A DNA stretch of 63,692 bases, filler included, from Candidatus Babelota bacterium (GTDB lineage Bacteria; JAGOBX01), in the NCBI GenBank assembly GCA_017999075.1. It is 8 parts of 8 records of this genome, joined end to end, with 100 filler letters (N's around TTAATTAATTAA, not from the genome) between each part and the next. Parts side by side here need not be neighbours in the genome. Positions count along the whole stretch, not along the records: positions 32,104 to 39,944 come from JAGOBX010000151.1; positions 40,045 to 47,866 come from JAGOBX010000152.1; positions 47,967 to 55,784 come from JAGOBX010000153.1; 5 more parts are not named here. The stretch is one strand, 5' to 3'. Position 1 is the stretch's first letter, and each line of letters opens with the position of its first letter. The position numbers and the translations under genes were made by a program. Below the pieces are notes generated by a model. It had not been told where the DNA came from and did no database searches. It worked only from the letters and a program-made list of their open reading frames with translations. Shown one piece after another: positions 37,327-47,967 of the stretch.

Positions 37327-39726
37327 TCTTGCCGTTATTCCGAACTCAGAAGATATTGTATTATAAATCTGCTTATGAGCTGTTTCTATCTCATCATCTT
37401 TCAATGTTCTGTCTTTAGCTCTGTAAGTGAATTTTAAGAGCGCAGCAGTAAATTGTTTATCTATAACTTCACTTTCATATATTCCGCCGAATTCAACATT
37501 TTGAAGTATTTCAATGTTCAGTGATTTGATTTTACTGATTACCTTTTTATATTCAATTTTTTTAGGCATAAGTAGAGACATATCTCTGACAGTATAAGGA
37601 AATATTGAAAATTCTTTATAAACAGGAGTTTTAGAATAATTATCAAATAAAATATCAGCATTAACCTCACACAAATATAAATTGTCAGGCAAATCATATT
37701 TATTTGCGGCATCCGGATGAATTTTTCCGAGAAACCCGGTTTTGATTTCATTTATAAAAATATCAGCAGATTGACCCGGTTGTAAAAAACGTATCGAATT
37801 ATTAATTTTATATTCGCATTTTTCTATGTTTAAAGTTTCAAAAACATCATTTAAAATTCCTTTAACATAAAAAAAGTCTATACGTCCAGGTTTATCGTCC
37901 CAGTTAGATAAAACTGTTTTTTCTGTCATCGCAAAAGCTGCGGCATTGGTTTCTTCAAACGCTTTTGTCTTACCGGAATATTTATATTTTTTTCCTGTTT
38001 CAAAAAAATTTAAATTTGAATTTCTGTATTTAGTATTGTTTTGCATTATTTTAATTAATGACGGGATAATAGATGATCTCATAACACTGATTTCTTTTCC
38101 TAACGGATTACTTATTTTAACCGTTGAATTTTCATCATAATCTTCAGTGAAATCAGAGTTAAGATCAGGATCTGTAAACGAATAATTGACACATTCGTAA
38201 AAACCTTTGTCAACAAATAATTTTAGTAAATCAATGGAAAATTTTTGCTTATCGGTTAATCCTCCGCATGATAAATCCGAATTCGGAGGTAAGTCTGGAA
38301 TATTCCCATATCCGTATAAAACAGATATTTCTTCTATAACATCAATTTCACGCTCAATGTCAGTTCTCCGCATAGGAATAATAATATTTAATTCTTTTTC
38401 AGTTTGACCGGCAATTTCGCAATTCATGTTTTCCAATATTTTTAATATTTTATTTTTATCAATATCAATTCCTATAATTCTTTTTATATTAGAAAATTTA
38501 ATTGTGATTTTCCGCTGCACCAAATCTGTCTTAAAAATTTCGGATAAATTTGACGACACTCTTGATTCAGGACAACTTTTTTGAATAAGTTCAACCGCTC
38601 TGTCGCTTGCATTTTTTACATTTGAGTAATCAATTCCTCGTTCAAACCTGTACGAAGATTCTGAAGATAAACCTAAAATACGAGAAGATTTTCTTACAGA
38701 AACAGGATTAAAATAAGCGCTTTCTATAAGTGTTTTTGATGTTTTGTCGGTTACTTCGCTGTCAAATCCTCCCATCACTCCTGCTACTGCAACAGGTCTG
38801 TTTTTATCTGCAATAACAAGTATTTCAGTGCTGCAAATTCTGTCCTGACCGTCAATTGTTTTTATAATTTCATTTTCCGAAGCATGACGGACTACAATTT
38901 CTTTCCCTTGTATCAGATCATAATCAAATGCATGAAGCGGTTGTCCGTATTCAAGCATAACATAGTTTGTAATATCAACAATATTGTTGATTGCGCGCAG
39001 TCCGCTTTGATATAATCGTGTCTGAATTAAAGCGTCAGCTGGTTTTACAGAAATATTTTCTATATAATTTCCAGTGTATTTTGGACATGCAGAATAATCT
39101 GAAATAGAAATTTTTATTTTATCATTTATGTTGATTGAAGAATCAGTTGTATAATTTGATTTTTTTAATTTTACGTTTCTTCCTGTAATTGCTGCTATTT
39201 GATAAGATAAACCTATTACATTAAGGCAATCAGATCTGTTAGGTGTAATTTCGTATTCAATAATCCAATCATCAAGATTTAATTTTTTTATTAAATCTTC
39301 ACCTGGTAAAAGATTGCTGTCATTTATTTTCCATATAGAATTTGCAGTTTCTGTTATTCCTAATTCTACTGTTGACAGCATCATTCCTTCAGATTCTATG
39401 TTTTTTATTGTTCTTTTAGTTACTGTTGTACCGTCTGCTAAAACAGACCCGGGAACTGCATAGGGTACTATATCGCCTGAAATAACAGATTTATCATTTG
39501 TGACACATTCAAAAAAACCGTAACTTCCACAGTTTATTCTGCATTTATTTAATTTGTCGAAATTTATAATTGATTCTACTTTTCCTGCAAGAATATGTTT
39601 AAGTTTTAATCCGGGTTGTTTCACCGATGATACTTCAATCCCTCCGTTAGTAAGTATTTCTGCAAGCTGTACCGCAGTTTCAGGGATATCGATATATTCT
39701 TTTACCCAACTTAACGCGACTAACAT
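37324..39726 (-). CDS. pheT: Phenylalanyl-tRNA synthetase beta subunit
   Basis: ITPNRSDCL, INNIVDITNYVMLEYGQPLHAFD, SYRFERG, R.DIEREIDVIEE, C-terminal FDX-ACB domain. Confidence 0.96.
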   Translation of the reverse strand: MLVALSWVKEYIDIPETAVQLAEILTNGGIEVSSVKQPGLKLKHILAGKVESIINFDKLNKCRINCGSYGFFECVTNDKSVISGDIVPYAVPGSVLADGTTVTKRTIKNIESEGMMLSTVELGITETANSIWKINDSNLLPGEDLIKKLNLDDWIIEYEITPNRSDCLNVIGLSYQIAAITGRNVKLKKSNYTTDSSININDKIKISISDYSACPKYTGNYIENISVKPADALIQTRLYQSGLRAINNIVDITNYVMLEYGQPLHAFDYDLIQGKEIVVRHASENEIIKTIDGQDRICSTEILVIADKNRPVAVAGVMGGFDSEVTDKTSKTLIESAYFNPVSVRKSSRILGLSSESSYRFERGIDYSNVKNASDRAVELIQKSCPESRVSSNLSEIFKTDLVQRKITIKFSNIKRIIGIDIDKNKILKILENMNCEIAGQTEKELNIIIPMRRTDIEREIDVIEEISVLYGYGNIPDLPPNSDLSCGGLTDKQKFSIDLLKLFVDKGFYECVNYSFTDPDLNSDFTEDYDENSTVKISNPLGKEISVMRSSIIPSLIKIMQNNTKYRNSNLNFFETGKKYKYSGKTKAFEETNAAAFAMTEKTVLSNWDDKPGRIDFFYVKGILNDVFETLNIEKCEYKINNSIRFLQPGQSADIFINEIKTGFLGKIHPDAANKYDLPDNLYLCEVNADILFDNYSKTPVYKEFSIFPYTVRDMSLLMPKKIEYKKVISKIKSLNIEILQNVEFGGIYESEVIDKQFTAALLKFTYRAKDRTLKDDEIETAHKQIYNTISSEFGITAR

Positions 39727-39752
39727 TATTTTTCCTCCGTAATTGCTTTAAT

Positions 39753-39832
39753 TAAGTTTTAAATATTCAAATTTTTTTATTTTGAATATTTAAAACTTAT
39801 TATATTATGCTGTAAAGAATCAAAAAATGCAA
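39753..39832 (-). promoter_or_regulatory. pheT promoter with a 5'-leader inverted repeat
   Basis: Minus strand TTGCAT(39832-39827)-N17-CATAAT(39809-39804); 19-bp inverted repeat 39753-39771 / 39781-39799. Confidence 0.5.
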
Positions 39833-39944
39833 TCGTCTTTTTTAAAGGGTTTTTTTTAAGACGCAGGCATTTTTAATTGGTTATACAGTTTCAGGAACTG
39901 TTTCTAAAATATATTCATATATTTTTTTACAAAATCAACTTATT

Positions 39945-40044
39945 NNNNNNNNNNNNNNNNNNNNNNNNNNNNNNNNNNNNNNNNNNNNTTAATTAATTAA
40001 NNNNNNNNNNNNNNNNNNNNNNNNNNNNNNNNNNNNNNNNNNNN
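39945..40044. other. Artificial contig spacer
   Basis: N-run with TTAATTAATTAA. Confidence 0.99.
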
Positions 40045-40216
40045 GATCAAAATCAGGTTTTCTTCCTGATCTCGCTTGAAAAATTCCATAATATAAATAA
40101 TATGAAAATGAATAAATAAAAATAAAAATAATAATTTGTTTAAAAAATATTTCAAAAATATTTGAATTTAAACATTGCTGGATTTTATGTTCGGAATTAT
40201 TGTTATAAACAGACAT
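40045..40216 (-). CDS. N-terminus of a hypothetical membrane protein; 3'-partial
   Basis: ATG immediately after the upstream stop, one TM segment, runs into spacer. Confidence 0.45.
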
Positions 40217-40218
40217 TT

Positions 40219-40584
40219 TCAGATTATTTTTTCAGAAACAAATTTTTTTCCTATTGAATGCCGTTCAACATATTTGAAAGAATCCTTAAAATTATTTATC
40301 ATTGAGATATAAGATTCGGTATTCATTTTATTTTTATGATCTATAATATGTGAGGTTTCAGTATTAATATTATCAAATGTGTTTAATTTTTGATCATTTT
40401 CTTTTTTTATATCGGAATTAATATTTTCAATTATTTCATTTATTATTCCTGCTGAAACTGTAATTTGATCTGTTTTTTTTTCTGTAGGAGCATATGGTTT
40501 TGATTTTGCAGTTTTAGATACTGCTCCTGCCGAGTTGATGGATTGTTTTTTATATTCTATTTTACCTGATTTAGATTCAGTCAT
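40219..40584 (-). CDS. Hypothetical protein
   Basis: 121-aa ORF co-oriented with the operon; no motif. Confidence 0.55.
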   Translation of the reverse strand: MTESKSGKIEYKKQSINSAGAVSKTAKSKPYAPTEKKTDQITVSAGIINEIIENINSDIKKENDQKLNTFDNINTETSHIIDHKNKMNTESYISMINNFKDSFKYVERHSIGKKFVSEKII

Positions 40585-40635
40585 ATTTTTAAATTATTTT
40601 TATAATTATAATATTTATCAAAATTACAAAAAAAA

Positions 40636-41211
40636 TCATCTGAAATTTTCAGTAGGATCAACCAATGGATTGTGTACTGCTTCAAAAAATTTTTCCACAG
40701 AATTTTCCCATTTATTCTGACTTTTTAATATAAGCTCAATTGTCTCTCTTACAGCTCCGCATCCGCCTTTTGCATTAGTTATATATTTGGCGAGTGTTTT
40801 AATATCCGGGACAGAATCATTTACTGCAACAGGAAAACCGCATCTTTCCATAACCATATAATCGTCAATATCATCTCCAATATATGCTATGTTTTTATAT
40901 TCAAATCCATCGCGCAATAAAAATTCTTCAATTGCCGCATATTTACCGTATTTAGCTCCAACGATTTCATCAACGCCAAGGGCTCTGCCTCTTATTTTGG
41001 AAATTTCAGTCAAATGAAGAGAAATCCAAATTTGCCGTATATCGGAATATTTTGCTATCATAATTCCTAATGTGTCTTTTTGATCAAAAGATTTTACTCT
41101 CCAGTCCTTTTCGCTTATCAGAATTTTTCCATCCGTCAATACTCCATCGATATCACATACAATAACTTTTATATCTTTGATGAATTTTGTTAAACCAGCA
41201 AGATGATTCAT
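40636..41211 (-). CDS. kdsC: KDO-8-phosphate phosphatase (HAD family)
   Basis: CDIDGVLTDG, AYIGDDIDD, GGCGAVRE. Confidence 0.85.
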   Translation of the reverse strand: MNHLAGLTKFIKDIKVIVCDIDGVLTDGKILISEKDWRVKSFDQKDTLGIMIAKYSDIRQIWISLHLTEISKIRGRALGVDEIVGAKYGKYAAIEEFLLRDGFEYKNIAYIGDDIDDYMVMERCGFPVAVNDSVPDIKTLAKYITNAKGGCGAVRETIELILKSQNKWENSVEKFFEAVHNPLVDPTENFR

Positions 41212-41257
41212 TTTAATTTTACCTCTTCTTCTTTTTTTTTATTTTATTTTTTTTGTT

Positions 41258-42148
41258 TTATAACGATATTTCAAATCCTTCATAAGACGGAATTATTTCA
41301 AAGCCAGTAAGGTCATTTTCTTTTATAAATTTTTTTTTAGAATCTATTATATTGTCAATACGATCATCCGAATAATCAGGGTCATAATGTATTAAACACA
41401 ATTTTTTAACTCCTGCAGCTAAAGCAATATTCATTGCATAATCGACAGAACTATGTCCCCATCCTTTTTTTTTCGAATAATCTTCTGTGTCATATTGAGC
41501 ATCGTGTATTAATAAATCTGCTCCTTCAATAAATTTTCTGTATTTAGCTTCCATATTATCAATGACTTTTTGAGTTTTTCCCGATGAAGATTTAAAAAAT
41601 AATTCATATCCTTCATGATCGCTTGCATAAACAACAGTTTTATTATCTGAAGTAATTCTGAAACCTATGACGCTGCCTAATCCTCCGTGATTTAAAACTT
41701 TTGTTTTTATTATGAAGTTTTTATATATGCTTTCTTCATCGTCACCCATTTGTTTGAATGTATTCATTGACGGCAGTCCGTCAAAATTAAGAGGAAAAAA
41801 ATCATGATCCATTTGAAAATTTATTATTTCTTTTAAATCTCTTTTGGTTCCTAAAGGTCCAATAAAATCAAATTTATTATTTGGAATATAAAGCGGAACA
41901 AAAAAAGGAATGCCTTGTATGTGATCCCAATGAGTATGAGACAACAGTATCATTGATTCTATTGATTTTCCTGCATAATCTTGCATCATTTTATTACCAA
42001 GCGGACGAATTCCTGTTCCTGCATCAACAACAATAGTTTCATTGCTGTCATTTTTTATTTCAACACACGCAGTATTTCCGCCATACTTTACCGTGGCAGG
42101 TGATGGAGTGGGCAACGATCCTCTGACGCCCCAAAATTTAACTTTCAT
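41258..42148 (-). CDS. MBL-fold metallo-hydrolase
   Basis: FWGVRGS, YGGNTAC, DAGTG, SHTHWDHIQG, IHDAQY, GWGHS. Confidence 0.9.
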   Translation of the reverse strand: MKVKFWGVRGSLPTPSPATVKYGGNTACVEIKNDSNETIVVDAGTGIRPLGNKMMQDYAGKSIESMILLSHTHWDHIQGIPFFVPLYIPNNKFDFIGPLGTKRDLKEIINFQMDHDFFPLNFDGLPSMNTFKQMGDDEESIYKNFIIKTKVLNHGGLGSVIGFRITSDNKTVVYASDHEGYELFFKSSSGKTQKVIDNMEAKYRKFIEGADLLIHDAQYDTEDYSKKKGWGHSSVDYAMNIALAAGVKKLCLIHYDPDYSDDRIDNIIDSKKKFIKENDLTGFEIIPSYEGFEISL

Positions 42149-42209
42149 ATTGGTTTTATTTTATAATTTATTTTAAAAAAAACAATTAAAATTACCAGTT
42201 TTTTTAAAA

Positions 42210-42455
42210 TTAATGACATGAAGGGCAACCGCAAGATGATCCTGTCATAGCAGGACAATATCCTGTTCCGCATTGACTTGAATCACAGTTCGTATATGAA
42301 CTTGAATTTTTAGAAGAATTTCCTATTCCAAACACTGAAAATTTTTTTGTAATTTCAGGGCTGCTGCATTTATTGCAAAAAATTTTTTCTTTGCCGTTTG
42401 TTAATATTTCAAAATTATTACCGCATTTATTGCAAGAATATTCGTATATTGGCAT
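42210..42455 (-). CDS. FmdB-family zinc-ribbon protein with Cys-rich tail
   Basis: MPIYEYSCNKCGNNFE...CNKCSS. Confidence 0.88.
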   Translation of the reverse strand: MPIYEYSCNKCGNNFEILTNGKEKIFCNKCSSPEITKKFSVFGIGNSSKNSSSYTNCDSSQCGTGYCPAMTGSSCGCPSCH

Positions 42456-42526
42456 AGAAAACATCACTCTCCATAAAATAATAGAACAAACAATTTGGTT
42501 AAAAATAATATTTCAACTTATTATAA

Positions 42527-43807
42527 TTATATCACTGTACCATCAGGAATAACCGCATCTTTATGTATTATTACTATTCCATCTCTTATAGAAAACCCGT
42601 CACCGTCGGATTCTTCGGCATTATCCTTATTTTTAATAATTACATTTTCGCCAATTCTGGCATTTTTATCAATTATTGCTTTTTCTATATAAGTATTTTT
42701 ACCTATTCCGATTATAGGCAACCGCAATTTTTTATGATCAGACATCGCAAATTCATAATGATCGTTTCCCATAAGCAGTGACGATTTAATAACGCATCCG
42801 GAACATATATAACTTCGTAATCCTATGATTGAATTTTCGATTTCACTATGTGATATTAAACACCCTTCAGCCAACAATGTTTTAGTTATCTTGCAATCAT
42901 TTATTTTTGAAATAGGCAGATATCTTGCATGGGTATAAACCTGATAAGCGCTATTATAAAAATCAAATTTTTTAAAATCTGAAGCAAGATCAATATTAGA
43001 ATTATAAAATGCTTTTATTGTACCAATATCTTCCCAGTAACTGTTATATAAATAAGAATAAACGTCATAGTTATTTATTGCTGCCGGAATAATATGTTTT
43101 CCGAAATCTTCCAGTTTATTATCAAGGGATTCCACCAGAATGTCATAATTGAATATATAAATTCCCATTGAAGCCAGATAATTTTTACCTTCGGCAATTT
43201 CTACATCGTGTTCATTAAGGATTGAAGTTGAAATTTTCATTGAATCAAGTATATCATCTTCTTTTGGTTTTTCACGGAATTCAATTATTTTTCCTTTTTT
43301 ATTCATTTTAAGTATTCCGAATTCTTTTGCTGATTCTCTGTCAACAGGAATAACAGCTATAGAAATATCAGCATTTTTTTCTATATGCCTCAATAGCATT
43401 TGCTTGAAATCCATCTGGTACAATTGATCGCCTGATAATATCACAACATATTTTGGTTTAGCAAACCTGAAATGTTTTATGTTATGCCTGACAGCATCTG
43501 CAGTCCCCTGATACCAATCGTCCGAATCTCCTGTTTGTTCAGCCGCAAGTATATCTACAAATCCTTTTGAAAAAGTATCGAATCTATAAGTATTTTTTAT
43601 ATGTCTGTTCAAAGATTCGGAATTATATTGAGTTAACACAAATATTCTGTTTATTTCAGAATTAAGACAATTGCTTATAGGTATATCTATCAGTCTGTAT
43701 TTTCCGACAAGAGGTACAGCAGGTTTGCACCTGTCTTTTGTAAGAGGATATAATCTGGTTCCTTTTCCCCCGCCCATAATTATTGCAATTGACTGACGAG
43801 CATCCAT
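42527..43807 (-). CDS. glgC: Glucose-1-phosphate adenylyltransferase
   Basis: GGGKGTRLYPLT, KPAVP, YRLIDIPISNC, WYQGTADAV, LSGD, FREKP, ASMGIY, YWEDIGT. Confidence 0.96.
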   Translation of the reverse strand: MDARQSIAIIMGGGKGTRLYPLTKDRCKPAVPLVGKYRLIDIPISNCLNSEINRIFVLTQYNSESLNRHIKNTYRFDTFSKGFVDILAAEQTGDSDDWYQGTADAVRHNIKHFRFAKPKYVVILSGDQLYQMDFKQMLLRHIEKNADISIAVIPVDRESAKEFGILKMNKKGKIIEFREKPKEDDILDSMKISTSILNEHDVEIAEGKNYLASMGIYIFNYDILVESLDNKLEDFGKHIIPAAINNYDVYSYLYNSYWEDIGTIKAFYNSNIDLASDFKKFDFYNSAYQVYTHARYLPISKINDCKITKTLLAEGCLISHSEIENSIIGLRSYICSGCVIKSSLLMGNDHYEFAMSDHKKLRLPIIGIGKNTYIEKAIIDKNARIGENVIIKNKDNAEESDGDGFSIRDGIVIIHKDAVIPDGTVI

Positions 43808-43880
43808 TTTTAAAACCTCCCGTAAATTAAATCTATTATACTACATTAAACCCAAGAAAAATCAGGATTATTATTTATTA

Positions 43881-44711
43881 TTAAAGATCATTTTTTTTTA
43901 AATCAAAAAATTTTGTCATTATTACAGTATTTCCTTTTTCACTAAAAGTCACGGAATCCATAACACGTTTTGCCATTGCTATTCCAAGACCTCCTGGCCG
44001 CTTACCATCTGCATTTCTTTCTTTAACGCTTTTTTCAAGATTTTCAAGCGGATCACTCAATTCTTCAGAATTAAATCCTTCTCCTTCATCTTCAATTTTT
44101 ACTATTATACAATCCTCAAGTATTACGCTTGAAATTTTTATTTTTTTTTGTTCATCGCATTTATGAGCATGTTCAATAGCATTGTCCTGTATTTCTCTTA
44201 ATACAAACTGAATTTTAAATAAATCATCTTCCGATAAACTTGTACTATTAGAAAGGTGGGCTATAAATTCAGACACTTCATTGCTGAAATCACGGATACT
44301 GCTGATTGTAAAGTCAAACCAATTTTTTTTAGGATTTTCAATAATAATATTTATCTTATTGCCTATCAATTTTTTTAAAAAATCGCAGTTAAATTCATTT
44401 GATTTTGAGATATCAAGATAATAACTATGATTTTGTAAAAATCTGATTTTATCTGAAGCGTCAAAATTTTCGCCTATAACTATCAAAATAATATTCAAAT
44501 TAAGATTTTTCAAATACAGTATTTTGTCAAATACATTTTCAATATTTTTATCAAGTATCAGAAGATTATAATTTAATAATTCCTGATAATCAAACTTAAA
44601 ATCTTCAAAATTTTGATACACAAACTCAAAATCACATGATTTTCTACAGTTTTCTTCTATAAATTTGTTATAAAAGTCTATATCCTTATAAACAAATAAA
44701 ACTTTATACAT
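43881..44711 (-). CDS. Anti-sigma-factor-type ATP-binding protein (HATPase_c) with degenerate receiver-like N-terminus
   Basis: EIQDNAIEHA, DEGEGF, GGLGI, GNTVIMTK. Confidence 0.8.
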   Translation of the reverse strand: MYKVLFVYKDIDFYNKFIEENCRKSCDFEFVYQNFEDFKFDYQELLNYNLLILDKNIENVFDKILYLKNLNLNIILIVIGENFDASDKIRFLQNHSYYLDISKSNEFNCDFLKKLIGNKINIIIENPKKNWFDFTISSIRDFSNEVSEFIAHLSNSTSLSEDDLFKIQFVLREIQDNAIEHAHKCDEQKKIKISSVILEDCIIVKIEDEGEGFNSEELSDPLENLEKSVKERNADGKRPGGLGIAMAKRVMDSVTFSEKGNTVIMTKFFDLKKNDL

Positions 44712-44717
44712 ATAATT

Positions 44718-45959
44718 TTAAAAACTTTTAATAGGAAAATTTTTTAAAAACCCGACTACTTTTTTCTTTATACTTTTTAATTTAACCGTATTATCTGCAT
44801 ATTTAGCTGATTCATTAATAAATCCTGCTACAACAACCATATCTTTTTCTTTCATACCGCGTGAAGTGACTGCCGGAGTTCCGATTCTTATACCACTGGT
44901 TACAAAAGGATTTTGTTTATCATAAGGTATGGTATTTTTGTTAACTGTTATTCCAGCAATATCTAAAGCATGTTCAAATTGTTTCCCCGTTAAATTTTTA
45001 GTTGTAACATCAACTAAAATCAAATGAGTATCTGTTCCTCCTGAAATAATTTTAAAACCATAATCAATAAGGGAATCAGATAGTTTTTTTGCATTTTTAC
45101 ACAATTGAATTTGATATTGTTTGAACTGATTAGTTTTGGCAAATTTAAAAGCAACAGCTTTGGCTGCAATAATATGCATTAGAGGACCGCCTTGTAATCC
45201 CGGAAAAACTGTTTTATTCACTTTGGGTTCTATATCTTTTGATAGTCCTATTATAATTCCGCCACGAGGTCCTCTTAAAGTTTTATGTGTGGTCGAAGTA
45301 ACAATATCTGCATATGTTAAAGGCGACGGATAGATTTTTGCTGCAACCATTCCTGCAAAATGAGCCATATCTACCATAAGATATGCTCCTATTTCATCGG
45401 CAATTTTTTTAAATTTTTTAAAGTCAATAATCCTGGAATAAGCTGTCGCTCCTGCTACTATAAGTTTAGGTTTATGTTTTAATGCTGTTTTCCGTAATTC
45501 TTCATAATCAATCAGTCCGGAATCTTTTGAAACTCCATAATGAATAGTTTTGAATAATTTACCGCTGAAATTAACAGGACTGCCGTGAGTTAAATGACCG
45601 CCTTCTGACAAAGACATTGCAAGTATTTTATCTCCTGAATTCAATAAAGACATATATGCCGCCATATTGGCTCCTGAGCCTGAATGAGGCTGAACATTTG
45701 CAAAATTGCATTCGAACAGACTTTTGCATCGTTCTATAGCTTCTGATTCAATTTTATCAACTATCTCGCAGCCTCCGTAATAACGTTTGCCCGGATAACC
45801 TTCGGCATATTTATTTGTCAACGCAGAACCTGCCGCTTCCATAACAGAACTTTCAACTATATTCTCAGAAGCAATAAGCTCAATCTGATTTTTCTGACGT
45901 TCTTCTTCTTTTTTTATTAAATTATAAATCTTAAAATCATTTTTTTTTAATTCAAACAT
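44718..45959 (-). CDS. glyA: Serine hydroxymethyltransferase
   Basis: [35 protein letters not shown]. Confidence 0.97.
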   Translation of the reverse strand: MFELKKNDFKIYNLIKKEEERQKNQIELIASENIVESSVMEAAGSALTNKYAEGYPGKRYYGGCEIVDKIESEAIERCKSLFECNFANVQPHSGSGANMAAYMSLLNSGDKILAMSLSEGGHLTHGSPVNFSGKLFKTIHYGVSKDSGLIDYEELRKTALKHKPKLIVAGATAYSRIIDFKKFKKIADEIGAYLMVDMAHFAGMVAAKIYPSPLTYADIVTSTTHKTLRGPRGGIIIGLSKDIEPKVNKTVFPGLQGGPLMHIIAAKAVAFKFAKTNQFKQYQIQLCKNAKKLSDSLIDYGFKIISGGTDTHLILVDVTTKNLTGKQFEHALDIAGITVNKNTIPYDKQNPFVTSGIRIGTPAVTSRGMKEKDMVVVAGFINESAKYADNTVKLKSIKKKVVGFLKNFPIKSF

Positions 45960-45976
45960 AATTATTTCCCTAAAAA

Positions 45977-47164
45977 TTAATTTTCGATTTCTTTTTTAAA
46001 ACTTATTCCATTTCCTGTTGACTTTAAATTTAAAAAATCAAGGATAGTGGCTGATATGTCTCCAAATGAAGTTCTCGTTCCAAGATTAATATTAGCTTTT
46101 AATGTTTTTCCATAAACTATAAGAGGAACATATTCTCTTGTATGGTCAGTATGCAGGCTATGTGAAGGATCACATCCGTGATCTGCTGTGAACATTATAA
46201 TTTCATCGTCTTCCAGTTTATTCAGCAATTCAGGAAGTCTTGAATCAAATTCTTCAAGTCCTGCAGCATATTCTTTAACATTTCTTCTATGTCCCCACAA
46301 CATATCAAAATCCACAAGATTTGTAAAAATTATGCCTTTAAAATTTTCTTTCATATAATCAAGAGTTTTATCCACTCCATCCATATTTGAAACAGTATGT
46401 ACTGCTTTTGTAATTCCCTGATTTGCAAAAATATCTTCTATTTTACCTACAGCTGCGACTTCCATCCCATTTTCTTTTATTATGTCAAGCATTGTTTTAT
46501 CAAATGGCAATACTGAAAAATCGCGGCGGTTAGTGGTGCGTTTATAATTTCCAGATGTTCCCAAAAACGGCCGGGCAATTACCCTGCCTACCGCATGTTT
46601 TCCTATTAAAATTTTCTTTCTTGTAAATTCGCAGATTTCATATAATTTTTTTAATGGGACAATTTCCTCGTGAGCAGCAATCTGAAACACCGAATCAGCA
46701 GAAGTATAAACTATCAGGTTTCCTGTTTTACAATGTTCATCTCCCAATTTTTCAAGTATTTCTGTTCCTGAAGCAGGAGCGTTGCATAAAACTTTTTTGC
46801 CGGTATAGTCTTCAAAAGGTTTGATGATATCTTCAGGAAATCCGTTTGGATATGTTGGAAACGATGAAGAAATTTTCAACCCTGCCATTTCCCAGTGTCC
46901 TGTTGTTGTGTCTTTATTAACGGAAGCTTCCCTGCATTTTCCAAAACAGCCTTCAGCAATTTTTGCTTTTTCAACGCCTTTTATATCAATTATGTTTCCC
47001 AATCCGAGTTTTTGAAAATTCGGCATTTTTAATCCGCCTGTTTTTAAGGCGATATTTCCAAGTGTGTTTACTCCGGCATCATTATATTTGGCGGCATCTT
47101 CCATTGCTCCGCAACCAACGCTGTCCATAACAATTAATATAACTCGATTTATTTTATTTGACAT
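45977..47164 (-). CDS. deoB: Phosphopentomutase
   Basis: [57 protein letters not shown]. Confidence 0.96.
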   Translation of the reverse strand: MSNKINRVILIVMDSVGCGAMEDAAKYNDAGVNTLGNIALKTGGLKMPNFQKLGLGNIIDIKGVEKAKIAEGCFGKCREASVNKDTTTGHWEMAGLKISSSFPTYPNGFPEDIIKPFEDYTGKKVLCNAPASGTEILEKLGDEHCKTGNLIVYTSADSVFQIAAHEEIVPLKKLYEICEFTRKKILIGKHAVGRVIARPFLGTSGNYKRTTNRRDFSVLPFDKTMLDIIKENGMEVAAVGKIEDIFANQGITKAVHTVSNMDGVDKTLDYMKENFKGIIFTNLVDFDMLWGHRRNVKEYAAGLEEFDSRLPELLNKLEDDEIIMFTADHGCDPSHSLHTDHTREYVPLIVYGKTLKANINLGTRTSFGDISATILDFLNLKSTGNGISFKKEIEN

Positions 47165-47235
47165 TTTAAAAATCCTCCAAATAACATTTTTATAAAAACT
47201 TTATAACATTTTTATGTTTATAAAACCCCAAAGCT

Positions 47236-47799
47236 TTATTTTAAATTTTTATTGACTTCGTCATTCAACTGTTTTCCTGCTTGTGAAATCAAGGTTAAAA
47301 TACCGTTATTATCTTTGCTCCCTGAAATTTTTATCTGATGCGTTCTTTTTTTATTATTAATATTAACTGTCAATATTAAATCTTTTTCAGAGGTTCTAAA
47401 AGAACCTGAAATAATTATACTGACATTATCAAATGTGTTGTCAGGTTTAAGTTCCGTGGATAATTCCCTCGGCATGATTTTAATTTTTTCATCTAAAGTT
47501 AATTCATACATCAATAATTCAGGGATTCCTGATTTCAGCCATTCTACGTCAGAAGCAAATTTTATATCCGATTCATTAATAAAATTCAAGATACAAATAT
47601 CATATTTTTCATTGTATGAATTATCAATTTTATTTTTATCCGCTAATTTTTTTTCAGGTTCAGAAAGGTTAACTGAATTATTTTCATTAATATTTTTATT
47701 TTTTGAAGAATCGTTAATTTTTTTGGGTTCAGGTTTTGATTTTTTAATTGAAATATCAGATAAAACTTTTAATTTAAATGAATCTAAAGAAAAATCATT
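47236..47799 (-). CDS. C-terminal TolB-N/CsgG-like domain protein; 5' end missing or disrupted
   Basis: Frame open 47799-47236: low-complexity linker then ICILNF.N...EWLKSGIPELL...IISGSF. Confidence 0.5.
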   Translation of the reverse strand, partial: NDFSLDSFKLKVLSDISIKKSKPEPKKINDSSKNKNINENNSVNLSEPEKKLADKNKIDNSYNEKYDICILNFINESDIKFASDVEWLKSGIPELLMYELTLDEKIKIMPRELSTELKPDNTFDNVSIIISGSFRTSEKDLILTVNINNKKRTHQIKISGSKDNNGILTLISQAGKQLNDEVNKNLK

Positions 47800-47866
47800 T
47801 CATAGAATATTAAATTTTGCAGATATTGTAATTAAATTTGCAAAAGGAGGTGTTCATTCAGAAGAT

Positions 47867-47966
47867 NNNNNNNNNNNNNNNNNNNNNNNNNNNNNNNNNN
47901 NNNNNNNNNNTTAATTAATTAANNNNNNNNNNNNNNNNNNNNNNNNNNNNNNNNNNNNNNNNNNNN
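47867..47966. other. Artificial contig spacer
   Basis: N-run with TTAATTAATTAA. Confidence 0.99.
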
Positions 47967-47967
47967 G

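Noticed and set aside
1810..47856. Stop-codon reassignment (TGA as Gly/Trp or TAG as sense), suggested by in-frame stops at 1810, 11397, 47802 and 47856
   Set aside because: Conserved genes end at their expected C-termini with TGA (asnS, alr, ftsK) or TAG (cheR), Trp is encoded by TGG, and housekeeping genes are uninterrupted.
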